45,795 nucleotides of DNA from an uncultured Blautia sp. GTDB taxonomy: Bacteria; Bacillota; Clostridia; Lachnospirales; Lachnospiraceae. Shown here piece by piece: positions 18,661 to 26,473 of this stretch. The stretch lies in assembly GCA_946629475.1 (NCBI GenBank), contig CAMOXX010000001.1:1-45795 (forward strand), written 5' to 3'. The translations under genes were made by a program, and so were the position numbers. The notes below the pieces were generated by a model. That model was not told the origin of the DNA. It ran no database searches and saw nothing but the letters and a program-made list of their open reading frames with translations. Each line of letters opens with the position of its first letter. Within the stretch, counting starts at the first letter, position 1.

Positions 18661-18939
18661 TTATTTCAGTGTCGGCAGGATCTTCTCAACATCGTTGTGC
18701 GGTCTCGGGATTACGTGGGTAGCAATCAGCTCGCCAAGGCGGGAAGCTGCTGCAGCGCCGCTCTCAACCGATGATTTTACAGCGCCGACATCTCCGCGTA
18801 CCATAACGGTAACGAGTCCGGATCCGATCTTCTCGGTGCCGATCAGAACAACGTTCGCTGCCTTGCACATCTGGTCAGCAGCCTCGATCGCAGCGGTAAG
18901 TCCTCTGGTTTCAACCATTCCTAATGCTTCCTGTGTCAT
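18661..18939 (-). CDS. BMC-H hexamer shell protein, PduA/EutM-like
   Basis: [10 protein letters not shown]...[11 protein letters not shown]...KIGSG...GDVGAV...HVIPRPH. Confidence 0.95.
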   Translation of the reverse strand: MTQEALGMVETRGLTAAIEAADQMCKAANVVLIGTEKIGSGLVTVMVRGDVGAVKSSVESGAAAASRLGELIATHVIPRPHNDVEKILPTLK

Positions 18940-18954
18940 GATGAATCCTCCTTA

Positions 18955-19263
18955 TTATTTCTGCTCTTTTTTCATTGACTTATCCCACCGGCTGCGGGAA
19001 ATCTCTACCAGCCGGACAATCTCTTCATGCGGATTGGCGATCACAGCATAGCTTACGGGCTTTTTAATCCCGTTTTCCACAGCCGATTCGATTGCCTCGG
19101 TGACCGCAGACACGTCTCCCTGTATAATAATGGTAACAAGGCGGCCGCCCAGCCTCCTCTCCCAGGAAGAGAGCTCCACGTTCGCTGCCTTGCACATAAT
19201 ATCCAGCGCATCCAGCGCCGCCACCACACCGGTGATCTCATAAAAGCCGTATGATCTGCTCAT
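18955..19263 (-). CDS. BMC-H shell protein (divergent)
   Basis: GFYEITG...ALDIMCKAANV...RRLGGRLVT...GDVSAV...VIANPH; ATG 19263 follows GAAGGAG. Confidence 0.88.
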   Translation of the reverse strand: MSRSYGFYEITGVVAALDALDIMCKAANVELSSWERRLGGRLVTIIIQGDVSAVTEAIESAVENGIKKPVSYAVIANPHEEIVRLVEISRSRWDKSMKKEQK

Positions 19264-19320
19264 GAGCAAGCTCCTTCAAAAGTTAAATCCGCATCCTTAA
19301 TTCCAAATATCCACTTATTC

Positions 19321-19596
19321 TCAGATGGACGGAAGGATCTTCTCCACATCATTGTGCGGTCTCGGAATTACGTGGGTCGCAACCAGCTCTCCAAGCCTGC
19401 CGGCCGCTGCGGAGCCGCTCTCCACTGCTGCCTTCACTGCGCCGACATCTCCGCGTACCATGACGGTAACAAGGCCGGAACCGATCTTCTCGGTGCCGAT
19501 CAGAGTAACCTCTGCTGCTTTGGTCATTGCATCCGCTGCCTCGATCGCTGCGGTAAGTCCTCTGGTCTCAACCATTCCTAATGCTTCCATTGCCAT
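19321..19596 (-). CDS. BMC-H hexamer shell protein, PduA/EutM-like
   Basis: [10 protein letters not shown]...[11 protein letters not shown]...KIGSG...HVIPRPH; AGGAGG RBS before ATG 19596. Confidence 0.95.
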   Translation of the reverse strand: MAMEALGMVETRGLTAAIEAADAMTKAAEVTLIGTEKIGSGLVTVMVRGDVGAVKAAVESGSAAAGRLGELVATHVIPRPHNDVEKILPSI

Positions 19597-19679
19597 AATA
19601 GTATTTCCTCCTGAAATATGGTAACCGTAACCGTTCAGCATTCCGGATGAAAGGGGCTGAACATTTGCTCGACTGTTTC

Positions 19680-19994
19680 CTATCGTTTGTCAAACGCGCT
19701 GATCTTCAGCATTTTCCGCGTTCCCTCTTCCGGGCTCGGAATAATATAATGCTGAACCACGCCGGTTCTCTTTTCTGCCACCTCGATCCCGGCCTGTACA
19801 GCCGCTGTGACATCGGAGACGCTGCCGCGGTACTTGATGCAGACAAGAAGCGGGACCGGCAGTTTATCCGCATTGGCAGGTTTGTTCTTGTCAAAAACTT
19901 CCAGACGGACGTTCGCCGCCTTGCATCCGGCATCGGCGGCCACAAAGGCCGTTGCCAGTCCGTATACTTCCAGAATTCCTACCGCATCTGCCAT
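19680..19994 (-). CDS. BMC-H shell protein with extended pore loop
   Basis: AVGILEVYG...[11 protein letters not shown], an inserted loop [14 protein letters not shown], then RGSVSDV...IIPSP. Confidence 0.85.
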   Translation of the reverse strand: MADAVGILEVYGLATAFVAADAGCKAANVRLEVFDKNKPANADKLPVPLLVCIKYRGSVSDVTAAVQAGIEVAEKRTGVVQHYIIPSPEEGTRKMLKISAFDKR

Positions 19995-20032
19995 TTCCGG
20001 TTTCCTCCGTCTTTGTTATGGGTAATACCCCG

Positions 20033-21256
20033 TCAGTTGAACACTGCAATTTTAAGTCCGGTCATTGCCAGGTTTGTGCGCAGCGCTTCGTTGATATCCT
20101 CCAGGCGGTATCTGTCCGTAATCAGGTCAGACATCGGAAGGCCGATCCCTTTTGCTCTCCGAAGGAAGTCAAAGGTGGTCGCGTAGTCGCGGAGTGTGTA
20201 AACCCAGGAGCCGACTGTTGTGATTTCCTTGGAGCAGATATCAAAGTGCGGGTTGATGGTCGCGTCACCGCCGTTGATAAAGAATCCAAGCTCGCACAGG
20301 CCGCCGCCGTTGCGGATAAATTTATAGATATTTGCATGCGCAACCGGATTTCCGGTACACTGGAACGCGAAATCCGCAAGATGTCCGCCGAATGCGTCCT
20401 TCACACCGCCCGCGAGGGCTTCGATTCCCTGGAAATCCTTGAAGTTGACCGTCATGTCAGCGCCCATCTTCTTTGCGAATTCGAGGCGTTTTTCATTGCC
20501 GTCCACTGCACAGATATTCTGAATGCCCATCGTGCGGAGTACAGCGATACAGATCAGGCCGATCGGGCCGCAGCCCTGAACAGCCACCCTGCTGTTGAAG
20601 CGCAGGATGCCGGTGCTCTTCGCTCTCTCGACCGCGTGTACGAGTACCGCGCACGGCTCGATCAGAACACGGGAATCAAGATCAAGGTCGCTTACATTGA
20701 AGAAGGTGGAGCCGAAGTTGCCGCCGCGGATGAAGATATAGTCCGCGAACCATCCGTTCAGGTGAACATCGTCATCCGGAAGAAGGCCGTAAACGTCCGC
20801 GCCGCCCACATTCTTCTTGTTCAGGTCGAACATGGTGATCTCCGGGTCATCCTTGAAGATCATGCAGGTGACGATCTTGTCCCCGATCTTCACCGGCTTG
20901 CCGGCGGTATCGGTTTTTACATTTTTGCCCATCGCGACGATCTCGCCGGTTCCCTCGTGTCCCAGGGCTACCGGGATCAGTCCGAACGGGTCTCTCTTGA
21001 ACTCATGGGCATCGGTGCCGCATACGCCGCAGCCTTCTACCTTTACGAGAATGTCGTCATCCCCAACAGGCGGAATCGGATATTCCCTGATTTCAAATTT
21101 TTCCTTCTCGGTCAGAACCGCAACACGAGCTGTTTTCGGGATCTGCCCGGAAGAAGCAGGTGCAGGAGCGCCTGCCTGCGCCGGAGCCTGTCCTGTCATG
21201 CCTGCCAGAACCTGCTTCACGATCTCTTCGATATTAACGTTTGTAATGTCCATCAT
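20033..21256 (-). CDS. Zinc-binding (MDR) alcohol dehydrogenase with N-terminal encapsulation peptide
   Basis: CGTDxH, GHEG and Rossmann GCGPIG motifs; N-terminal NIEEIVKQVLAGM followed by an Ala/Pro linker. Confidence 0.88.
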   Translation of the reverse strand: MMDITNVNIEEIVKQVLAGMTGQAPAQAGAPAPASSGQIPKTARVAVLTEKEKFEIREYPIPPVGDDDILVKVEGCGVCGTDAHEFKRDPFGLIPVALGHEGTGEIVAMGKNVKTDTAGKPVKIGDKIVTCMIFKDDPEITMFDLNKKNVGGADVYGLLPDDDVHLNGWFADYIFIRGGNFGSTFFNVSDLDLDSRVLIEPCAVLVHAVERAKSTGILRFNSRVAVQGCGPIGLICIAVLRTMGIQNICAVDGNEKRLEFAKKMGADMTVNFKDFQGIEALAGGVKDAFGGHLADFAFQCTGNPVAHANIYKFIRNGGGLCELGFFINGGDATINPHFDICSKEITTVGSWVYTLRDYATTFDFLRRAKGIGLPMSDLITDRYRLEDINEALRTNLAMTGLKIAVFN

Positions 21257-21276
21257 ATTCCTCCAGGTGAGTACCG

Positions 21277-22665
21277 TTATCTGATGCAGAGCGCATCCGA
21301 CATGACGCAGCGTCTGCTCTTCGTGAATGTATGCGCGGCGGTGAGGCCTTCTCCTGTACGGCTCGCGATCGTAAATGTCGGGTAGCCCTCGCCTCCGAAG
21401 CCGAGCGCAGCGTAGGACGGGCCGTTCTTGACGAGAATCGCGGTGTCGATCGCTTTTGCGTATCTGGTGATTCTGTCAACATTCTTGGAATGGATGTGTG
21501 CGGAATGGCGGTTGCCATGTTCCAGCCACACAGCCTGCTCAAGAGCATCGTCAAAATCCTTCGCGCGCACAACACCCAGGATCGGCATCATCAGCTCTTC
21601 CGAAATCAGCGGATGCTCCTTCGGGCCTTCGAACACGATGCAGCGGATATTCTGCGGAACCTTGACACCGATCATGGAGAGCAGTGTCGGAGCGTCCCTT
21701 CCGACGCACTTGCGATTCAGCCTGCCGCCCTTCAGGACAACGTCAACCAGTTTTTTCTGTTCTTCCTCACTTGCCAGATAGCAGTCATTGTCGTTGATGA
21801 AGTAATGCATCAGCTCATCCACCACAGACGATACGGCTACAACCTCTTTTTCGGCGATGCATGGAAGATTGTTGTCAAATGTACAGCCATTGATAATATC
21901 GCGGGCTGCTTTTTCGATATCGGCAGTCTCATCCACCAGAGCCGGAGGATTGCCGGCGCCTGCGCCGATTCCGCGCTTTCCGGAGGAAAGAACCGCAGTC
22001 ACCACACCCGGGCCGCCGGTCGCGACGATCAGCGGAATGTCCTTGTGCTTCATCATAATGGCACTGGTCTCCATCGTCGGCTCTTCGACCGTACACGCGA
22101 TGTTGTCCGGGCCGCCTGCCTCGATGGACGCCTCATTTACCATGTTGATCGCGTAGATCGTCGTCTTTATCGCAGCGGGATGCGGGTTGAACACTACTGT
22201 GTTGCCGGCTGCCAGCATGCCGATGGTATTGCAGAGAACGGTCTCGCTCGGGTTGGTGCACGGAGTGATCGCTCCGATTACACCGAACGGCCCCATCTCA
22301 ATCAGGGTAAGTCCCCGGTCGCCGGACCATGCCGTTGTTGTAATATCCTCGGTTCCGGGGGTCTTGTCCGCGACAAGCTGATGTTTCAGGATCTTGTCCC
22401 CGACGTTCCCCATGCCTGTCTCATCTACGCCCATCCGTGCCAGAACCTCGGCGTTTTCACGGATTTTTCCCCGCAGGCAGGTAATGATTTTTTCTCTCTG
22501 GTCCATGGTCATGTTCCGCACCTCAACCTGTGCCTTTTTGGCTGCGGCAACGGCATCATTCATTTCCTTAAAAATACCATGTTTTCCTGAAGGAGCATCC
22601 GCGATCTGCATTTTTGCCATGACTTCCTGTACAATTTCCTGCACGAGATTTTCATTGATCGGCAT
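21277..22665 (-). CDS. pduP: CoA-acylating aldehyde dehydrogenase PduP/EutE with N-terminal encapsulation peptide
   Basis: PFGVIGAITPCTNP, ATGGPGVV, GAGAGNPP, FDNNLPCIAEKE (catalytic Cys), EELMMP and FTIASRTGEG motifs; N-terminal ENLVQEIVQEVMAKM. Confidence 0.93.
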   Translation of the reverse strand: MPINENLVQEIVQEVMAKMQIADAPSGKHGIFKEMNDAVAAAKKAQVEVRNMTMDQREKIITCLRGKIRENAEVLARMGVDETGMGNVGDKILKHQLVADKTPGTEDITTTAWSGDRGLTLIEMGPFGVIGAITPCTNPSETVLCNTIGMLAAGNTVVFNPHPAAIKTTIYAINMVNEASIEAGGPDNIACTVEEPTMETSAIMMKHKDIPLIVATGGPGVVTAVLSSGKRGIGAGAGNPPALVDETADIEKAARDIINGCTFDNNLPCIAEKEVVAVSSVVDELMHYFINDNDCYLASEEEQKKLVDVVLKGGRLNRKCVGRDAPTLLSMIGVKVPQNIRCIVFEGPKEHPLISEELMMPILGVVRAKDFDDALEQAVWLEHGNRHSAHIHSKNVDRITRYAKAIDTAILVKNGPSYAALGFGGEGYPTFTIASRTGEGLTAAHTFTKSRRCVMSDALCIR

Positions 22666-22684
22666 AAATCCTGACCTCCTGTTA

Positions 22685-23491
22685 TTATTTCATTCCAAGC
22701 TGTGCCATAACCTGTTTTGTGATTTTCGCAACAAGGTCCGCGTCCGCACCTGCAGAAGCACTATCACCGGATGAACAGCTGCCGCCGCAGTTATGGCAGT
22801 TCATGCCGTCCTTGTTCTGGCAGAGATTTGCCGGATGTTTGCCCGGGAGGCCCATCTGCCTGCGGATCTGATACAGTCTCTGAACGGTTGCTTTGTCGAA
22901 TTCCTTCGGGCCGCCGAGCATCTTGGACTGATACAGGAGCTGTGCATAGAATTCAACGGATTCCATCTTGAGGTATGCTGCCAGAAGGTCTGTCGACCAG
23001 GTCAGGGCGCCGTGGCTCTCAAGAAGGACTGCGTCAAAGTGCTCAAGGTACGGCTCTACCGCGTCCGGAATCTCCATCGTGGAAGGAGTTCCGTAAGGAG
23101 CGATCGGCACGCAGCCCAGCGCGATGACTGCTTCCGGCATGATCGGCTGTGTCAGCGGAATTCCGGCAATCGCAAAGCTGGTCGCATATACAGGATGCGC
23201 ATGAACTACGGATCCTACATCCGGTCTTTTCTCGTATACTCTCATATGCATCTTGATCTCAGAAGAAGGCCTGAAATTGCCGTTTGCCTGGATCACATTT
23301 CCTTTTGCGTCAACCTTACAGATGTATTCCGGGGTCATAAAGCCCTTGGAAACGCCTGTCGGGGTGCAAAGGAACTCATTGTCGTTCAGCTTTACGGAGA
23401 TGTTGCCGTCGTTTGCGGCAACCATGTTGCGGTTGTAAATCCTTTTTCCGATGTCGCAAATCTGTTTTTTGATTTCAAACTCGTTTACCAT
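22685..23491 (-). CDS. Class II aldolase (L-fuculose-1-phosphate aldolase-like) with C-terminal encapsulation peptide
   Basis: DGNIS, TPTG, PSSEIKMH, VVHAHP and LLESHG zinc ligands; C-terminal DLVAKITKQVMAQL. Start ATG 23491 follows AAGGAGG; the ORF-track 5' extension is not supported. Confidence 0.88.
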   Translation of the reverse strand: MVNEFEIKKQICDIGKRIYNRNMVAANDGNISVKLNDNEFLCTPTGVSKGFMTPEYICKVDAKGNVIQANGNFRPSSEIKMHMRVYEKRPDVGSVVHAHPVYATSFAIAGIPLTQPIMPEAVIALGCVPIAPYGTPSTMEIPDAVEPYLEHFDAVLLESHGALTWSTDLLAAYLKMESVEFYAQLLYQSKMLGGPKEFDKATVQRLYQIRRQMGLPGKHPANLCQNKDGMNCHNCGGSCSSGDSASAGADADLVAKITKQVMAQLGMK

Positions 23492-23675
23492 GCTTTCTTC
23501 CTCCTTAAGCGCATATGGTCTGCTGCATTTGTGTTGTCGCAGCCGCTCAGTACCCCGTGTACGAAAACAGTGAGTGTTTCGAATGAAATGCAGAACATTC
23601 CGAAAGCGTACTGAAAAGCTGCTGTATCCAAAGGGCCGGGCGGCGGAATTACGCATCGCCCATGAGCCCGATGTT

Positions 23676-24128
23676 TCAGATTTCCCAGGGCATTACATCC
23701 CCCGGTTCCCTTAAGTATTCAAAGAGGGCGGGAACTCCCTCATGTGTTGCGGAATCCACGTGAAAAATCTTCCGGCATCCGGCAAGTCGGAGCCACATGT
23801 CCGCCATATCAAGCCTCGCGTCCGGATGGTTGATTTTGGTCACGATCCCCACCACCTCGCGGTTTGCCATGCAGGTGATGCACGGCGGAAACAGGCAGTA
23901 GGGCTCAATCGCCGAAACAAGCAGGCCGACGATGTCGGATTCATAGGTGTATACCGCAAGGGCGTGGCCGAGGCGGGCCGTCTGGGCATATTCCCCCGGC
24001 GTGTCCACAATCACATCAAAGTTGTTGACATACTGCGTTTTGTGATACTGTATCTTCTCACCCCGGAGCGCCTGCGTGAGGGTCGTCTTTCCTGCTTCGC
24101 TCCTGCCGATCAGAACGATCTTTTTCAT
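23676..24128 (-). CDS. pduV: EutP/PduV family small P-loop NTPase
   Basis: LIGRSEAGKTTLTQ, YHKTQ, DTPGEY and GIVTK motifs; ATGA-type overlap with the upstream gene. Confidence 0.88.
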   Translation of the reverse strand: MKKIVLIGRSEAGKTTLTQALRGEKIQYHKTQYVNNFDVIVDTPGEYAQTARLGHALAVYTYESDIVGLLVSAIEPYCLFPPCITCMANREVVGIVTKINHPDARLDMADMWLRLAGCRKIFHVDSATHEGVPALFEYLREPGDVMPWEI

Positions 24129-24502
24129 GTTTTTGTGATCGGGCAGATCACAAACCCGAACGTCTGGTCAAAATAGTCAAGCACAGCCTGCACGGAAGCC
24201 TCCACCTCCGATACGGTGCCGGTGACGATCAGGCTGCCGCTGAAGCGGTCCACAAACCCCAGCTCCGCGCCGGATGCCTTGATCGCGACATCTGCCATGA
24301 TGATCGCCGCCTCCGCAGGTGAGACGGTCATGATGCCGATGGCGGACCTGGTGTAATCGATGGTGGGGTCGAGCCCCAGCTTGGTATAGAGGATATTGTC
24401 CGGATTGGCAATGATATGCGCGAGAGAAATCTGCTTGCCGGGAACCAGCTCCTGGATAATTCTCTGTTTTACTTCAGGCGGAAAATTGTCTGTATAGCCC
24501 AT
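24125..24502 (-). CDS. pduU: Circularly permuted BMC shell protein PduU/EutS
   Basis: RIIQELVPGKQISLAHIIANP...AIGIMTVSPAEAAII...GFVDRFSGSL...CPITKT. Confidence 0.9.
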   Translation of the reverse strand: MGYTDNFPPEVKQRIIQELVPGKQISLAHIIANPDNILYTKLGLDPTIDYTRSAIGIMTVSPAEAAIIMADVAIKASGAELGFVDRFSGSLIVTGTVSEVEASVQAVLDYFDQTFGFVICPITKT

Positions 24503-24584
24503 CGCGTGCCTCCGTTCCTCTCCGTTAGTATCCCCGCGTCCCGATTGCGGAAGGGGGACACAGAAAAAATATCAGATCATTCGT

Positions 24585-24613
24585 ATTATACGCCTGCGGC
24601 CTGATCATGTCAA
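24585..24613 (-). promoter_or_regulatory. Consensus SigA promoter of the BMC operon
   Basis: Minus strand TTGACA (24613-24608), 17 bp, TATAAT (24590-24585), about 80 bp upstream of pduU. Confidence 0.85.
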
Positions 24614-24785
24614 CACAATGCAACACTTTCATCCGGATTTTTGTGTGGTTTTTGTTGGGTTTCCGTGGGTATTCCTGTTGTTTTTTCATTCCGATTCTGT
24701 GGTTTTCGGCTTTTCATACAGGCTGCGGCGCAGCGGATAACCGCAGTCCGGCTGCCGTCTGCCATGAACCTTCGCTTCAAAAGTA

Positions 24786-24814
24786 TTGTGCGATCCTGAA
24801 TTAAACGATATAAT
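24786..24814 (+). promoter_or_regulatory. Putative SigA promoter for the PHP gene pair
   Basis: TTGTGC (24786-24791), 17 bp, TATAAT (24809-24814). Confidence 0.55.
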
Positions 24815-24854
24815 AGATTGTACAATACCGCCAGAAAAAGGAGGATCCCATTCC

Positions 24855-25574
24855 ATGTATCTTTCCGATATGCATACACATTCGATCGCCAGCGGACACG
24901 GCACGCACTCCACCATCTCCGCCATGGCAAAAAAGGCCTCCGAGCGCGGTCTGAAGCTTCTCGGCATCACCGACCACGGTCCGGCCACAACAGGTGCGGG
25001 AACCCCTTCGTACTTCCGGAGTCTGATCCTGTCCCCGCGCAGGCGCTTTAATATAGAAGTATTTTACGGCGCAGAGCTGAACATCCTCGACACGGACGGA
25101 AATCTGGATCTTGATATGGAACTGGCAGAAAAGCTCGATTATACGATTATCAGCATGCATTCCCAGAACTTTCCGCCGCACTCCAGGGAGGAAAACACAC
25201 TTGCCTTCCTCCGCGCCATGCAGCATCCCAATGTAAGGATCCTCGGCCACGCGGACAACACCCATTACCCGATCGACATCGACGCGGTTGCGCGGGAGGC
25301 ACTGAAGACCCGCACGATATTCGAAATCAACGAGGCATCCCTGGCTCCCTACGGATACCGCGGGGATACCCGGGCAAACTGCCGTGAAATTCTTGCATGC
25401 TGCATCAGATACGGACTCCCTGTCCTGCTCTCGAGCGACAGCCACGGGCCGCTCCATGTGGGAGATTTCACCTGCGCAGCGGATTTTGTGCACCGTGAAG
25501 GTTTTCCCGAGGATCTGATCCTCAACAATCAGCTCCCGCGCCTGAAATGTTTTCTGAAAGAGGGGCTGTTCTGA
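24855..25574 (+). CDS. PHP-domain phosphatase, YcdX-like
   Basis: DMHTHS, ITDHGP, GAELN, SMH, ILGH, FEIN and SSDSH metal-binding motifs; GGAGGA RBS before ATG 24855. Confidence 0.85.
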   Translation: MYLSDMHTHSIASGHGTHSTISAMAKKASERGLKLLGITDHGPATTGAGTPSYFRSLILSPRRRFNIEVFYGAELNILDTDGNLDLDMELAEKLDYTIISMHSQNFPPHSREENTLAFLRAMQHPNVRILGHADNTHYPIDIDAVAREALKTRTIFEINEASLAPYGYRGDTRANCREILACCIRYGLPVLLSSDSHGPLHVGDFTCAADFVHREGFPEDLILNNQLPRLKCFLKEGLF

Positions 25575-25612
25575 TAACCGGCCGGGAGCCGTATTTTCAA
25601 AGGAGATGCTCT

Positions 25613-26473
25613 ATGATCAAGGCAAACTACCACACACATTCCGCTTTCTGCGACGGGCGCGATACTCCGGAGGAAATCCTGCGGTACGCTTCCTCCCGGG
25701 GATTCACGCATCTCGGATTTTCCGGCCATATGGACCCGGATATCCGCATGGATTTTCCCGCTTATCTGAAAGAGATCCGGCGGCTTCAGAAAAACCGCAA
25801 AAAAGAAGAGCCCGACATCCTGGCTGGTGTCGAGCTCGATATTCTTTATGACAGATATTCAAAACCCGGTGAGGGATTCCCGGACGCCGCATCGATCTGC
25901 TCTTCCGCAGAGTATGTCATCGGCTCCACCCATTTTCTCGATGTGGAAACGGATGCCCCCGCCTCCATCGACAGCGAGCCCGAAAACATAGCAATGATCT
26001 GCGGCCGGTATTATTCCGGTGACTACTATAAAATGTGCCGGGCTTATTACGACCTGGAAAGCCGGGTTTACGATGCCCTCCACTGTACTTTCATCGGGCA
26101 CTTCGACCTGATTACCCGGTTCAACGATGATCTGCATTTTGTGGATGAGACCGATCCCCGATACTTAAATCCCGCACTGGAAGCCATGGAGCATCTTGCA
26201 AAGCAGGGAGTTCCCTTTGAAATCAACTGCGGCGCCGTAAACCGCGGCCGCAAAAAGGAACTGTATCCCCACCCGCTGCTTCTCCGTTCTCTGAAGGACT
26301 TCGGGGGCGAAATCGTATTGAGCTCCGACGCCCATCAGAAGGAGCTGCTGTGCGGTGCCTTTGATCAGGCCGTTTCATGCGCCGTCTCCTGCGGCTTCAC
26401 GCACACGAACATCCTGGAACACGATCCATCAGGGAAGGTGTCCTGGCGTCAGGTGGCCCTGGACGCGATATAA
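25613..26473 (+). CDS. PHP-family histidinol-phosphatase-like protein (HisJ/HisK type)
   Basis: NYHTHSAFCDG, GVELD, IGSTH, GHFDL, FEINCG, YP and SSDAH motifs; AAGGAG RBS before ATG 25613. Confidence 0.8.
   Translation: MIKANYHTHSAFCDGRDTPEEILRYASSRGFTHLGFSGHMDPDIRMDFPAYLKEIRRLQKNRKKEEPDILAGVELDILYDRYSKPGEGFPDAASICSSAEYVIGSTHFLDVETDAPASIDSEPENIAMICGRYYSGDYYKMCRAYYDLESRVYDALHCTFIGHFDLITRFNDDLHFVDETDPRYLNPALEAMEHLAKQGVPFEINCGAVNRGRKKELYPHPLLLRSLKDFGGEIVLSSDAHQKELLCGAFDQAVSCAVSCGFTHTNILEHDPSGKVSWRQVALDAI

Noticed and set aside
23492-23656. 55-residue N-terminal extension of the aldolase in the ORF track
   Set aside because: A strong AAGGAGG RBS precedes ATG 23491 and family similarity starts there. 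The same reasoning applies to the track extensions of BMC-P, pduS, both PHP genes, hisC and dac.
24618-24632. CcpA cre site at the BMC promoter
   Set aside because: TGAAAGTGTTGCA is one base short of the 14 bp cre and lacks the central CG. It is kept only as part of the candidate operator array.
24607-24988. Short ORFs in the BMC/PHP divergent region
   Set aside because: They overlap both promoters and the repeat array, and show no RBS or protein-like features.
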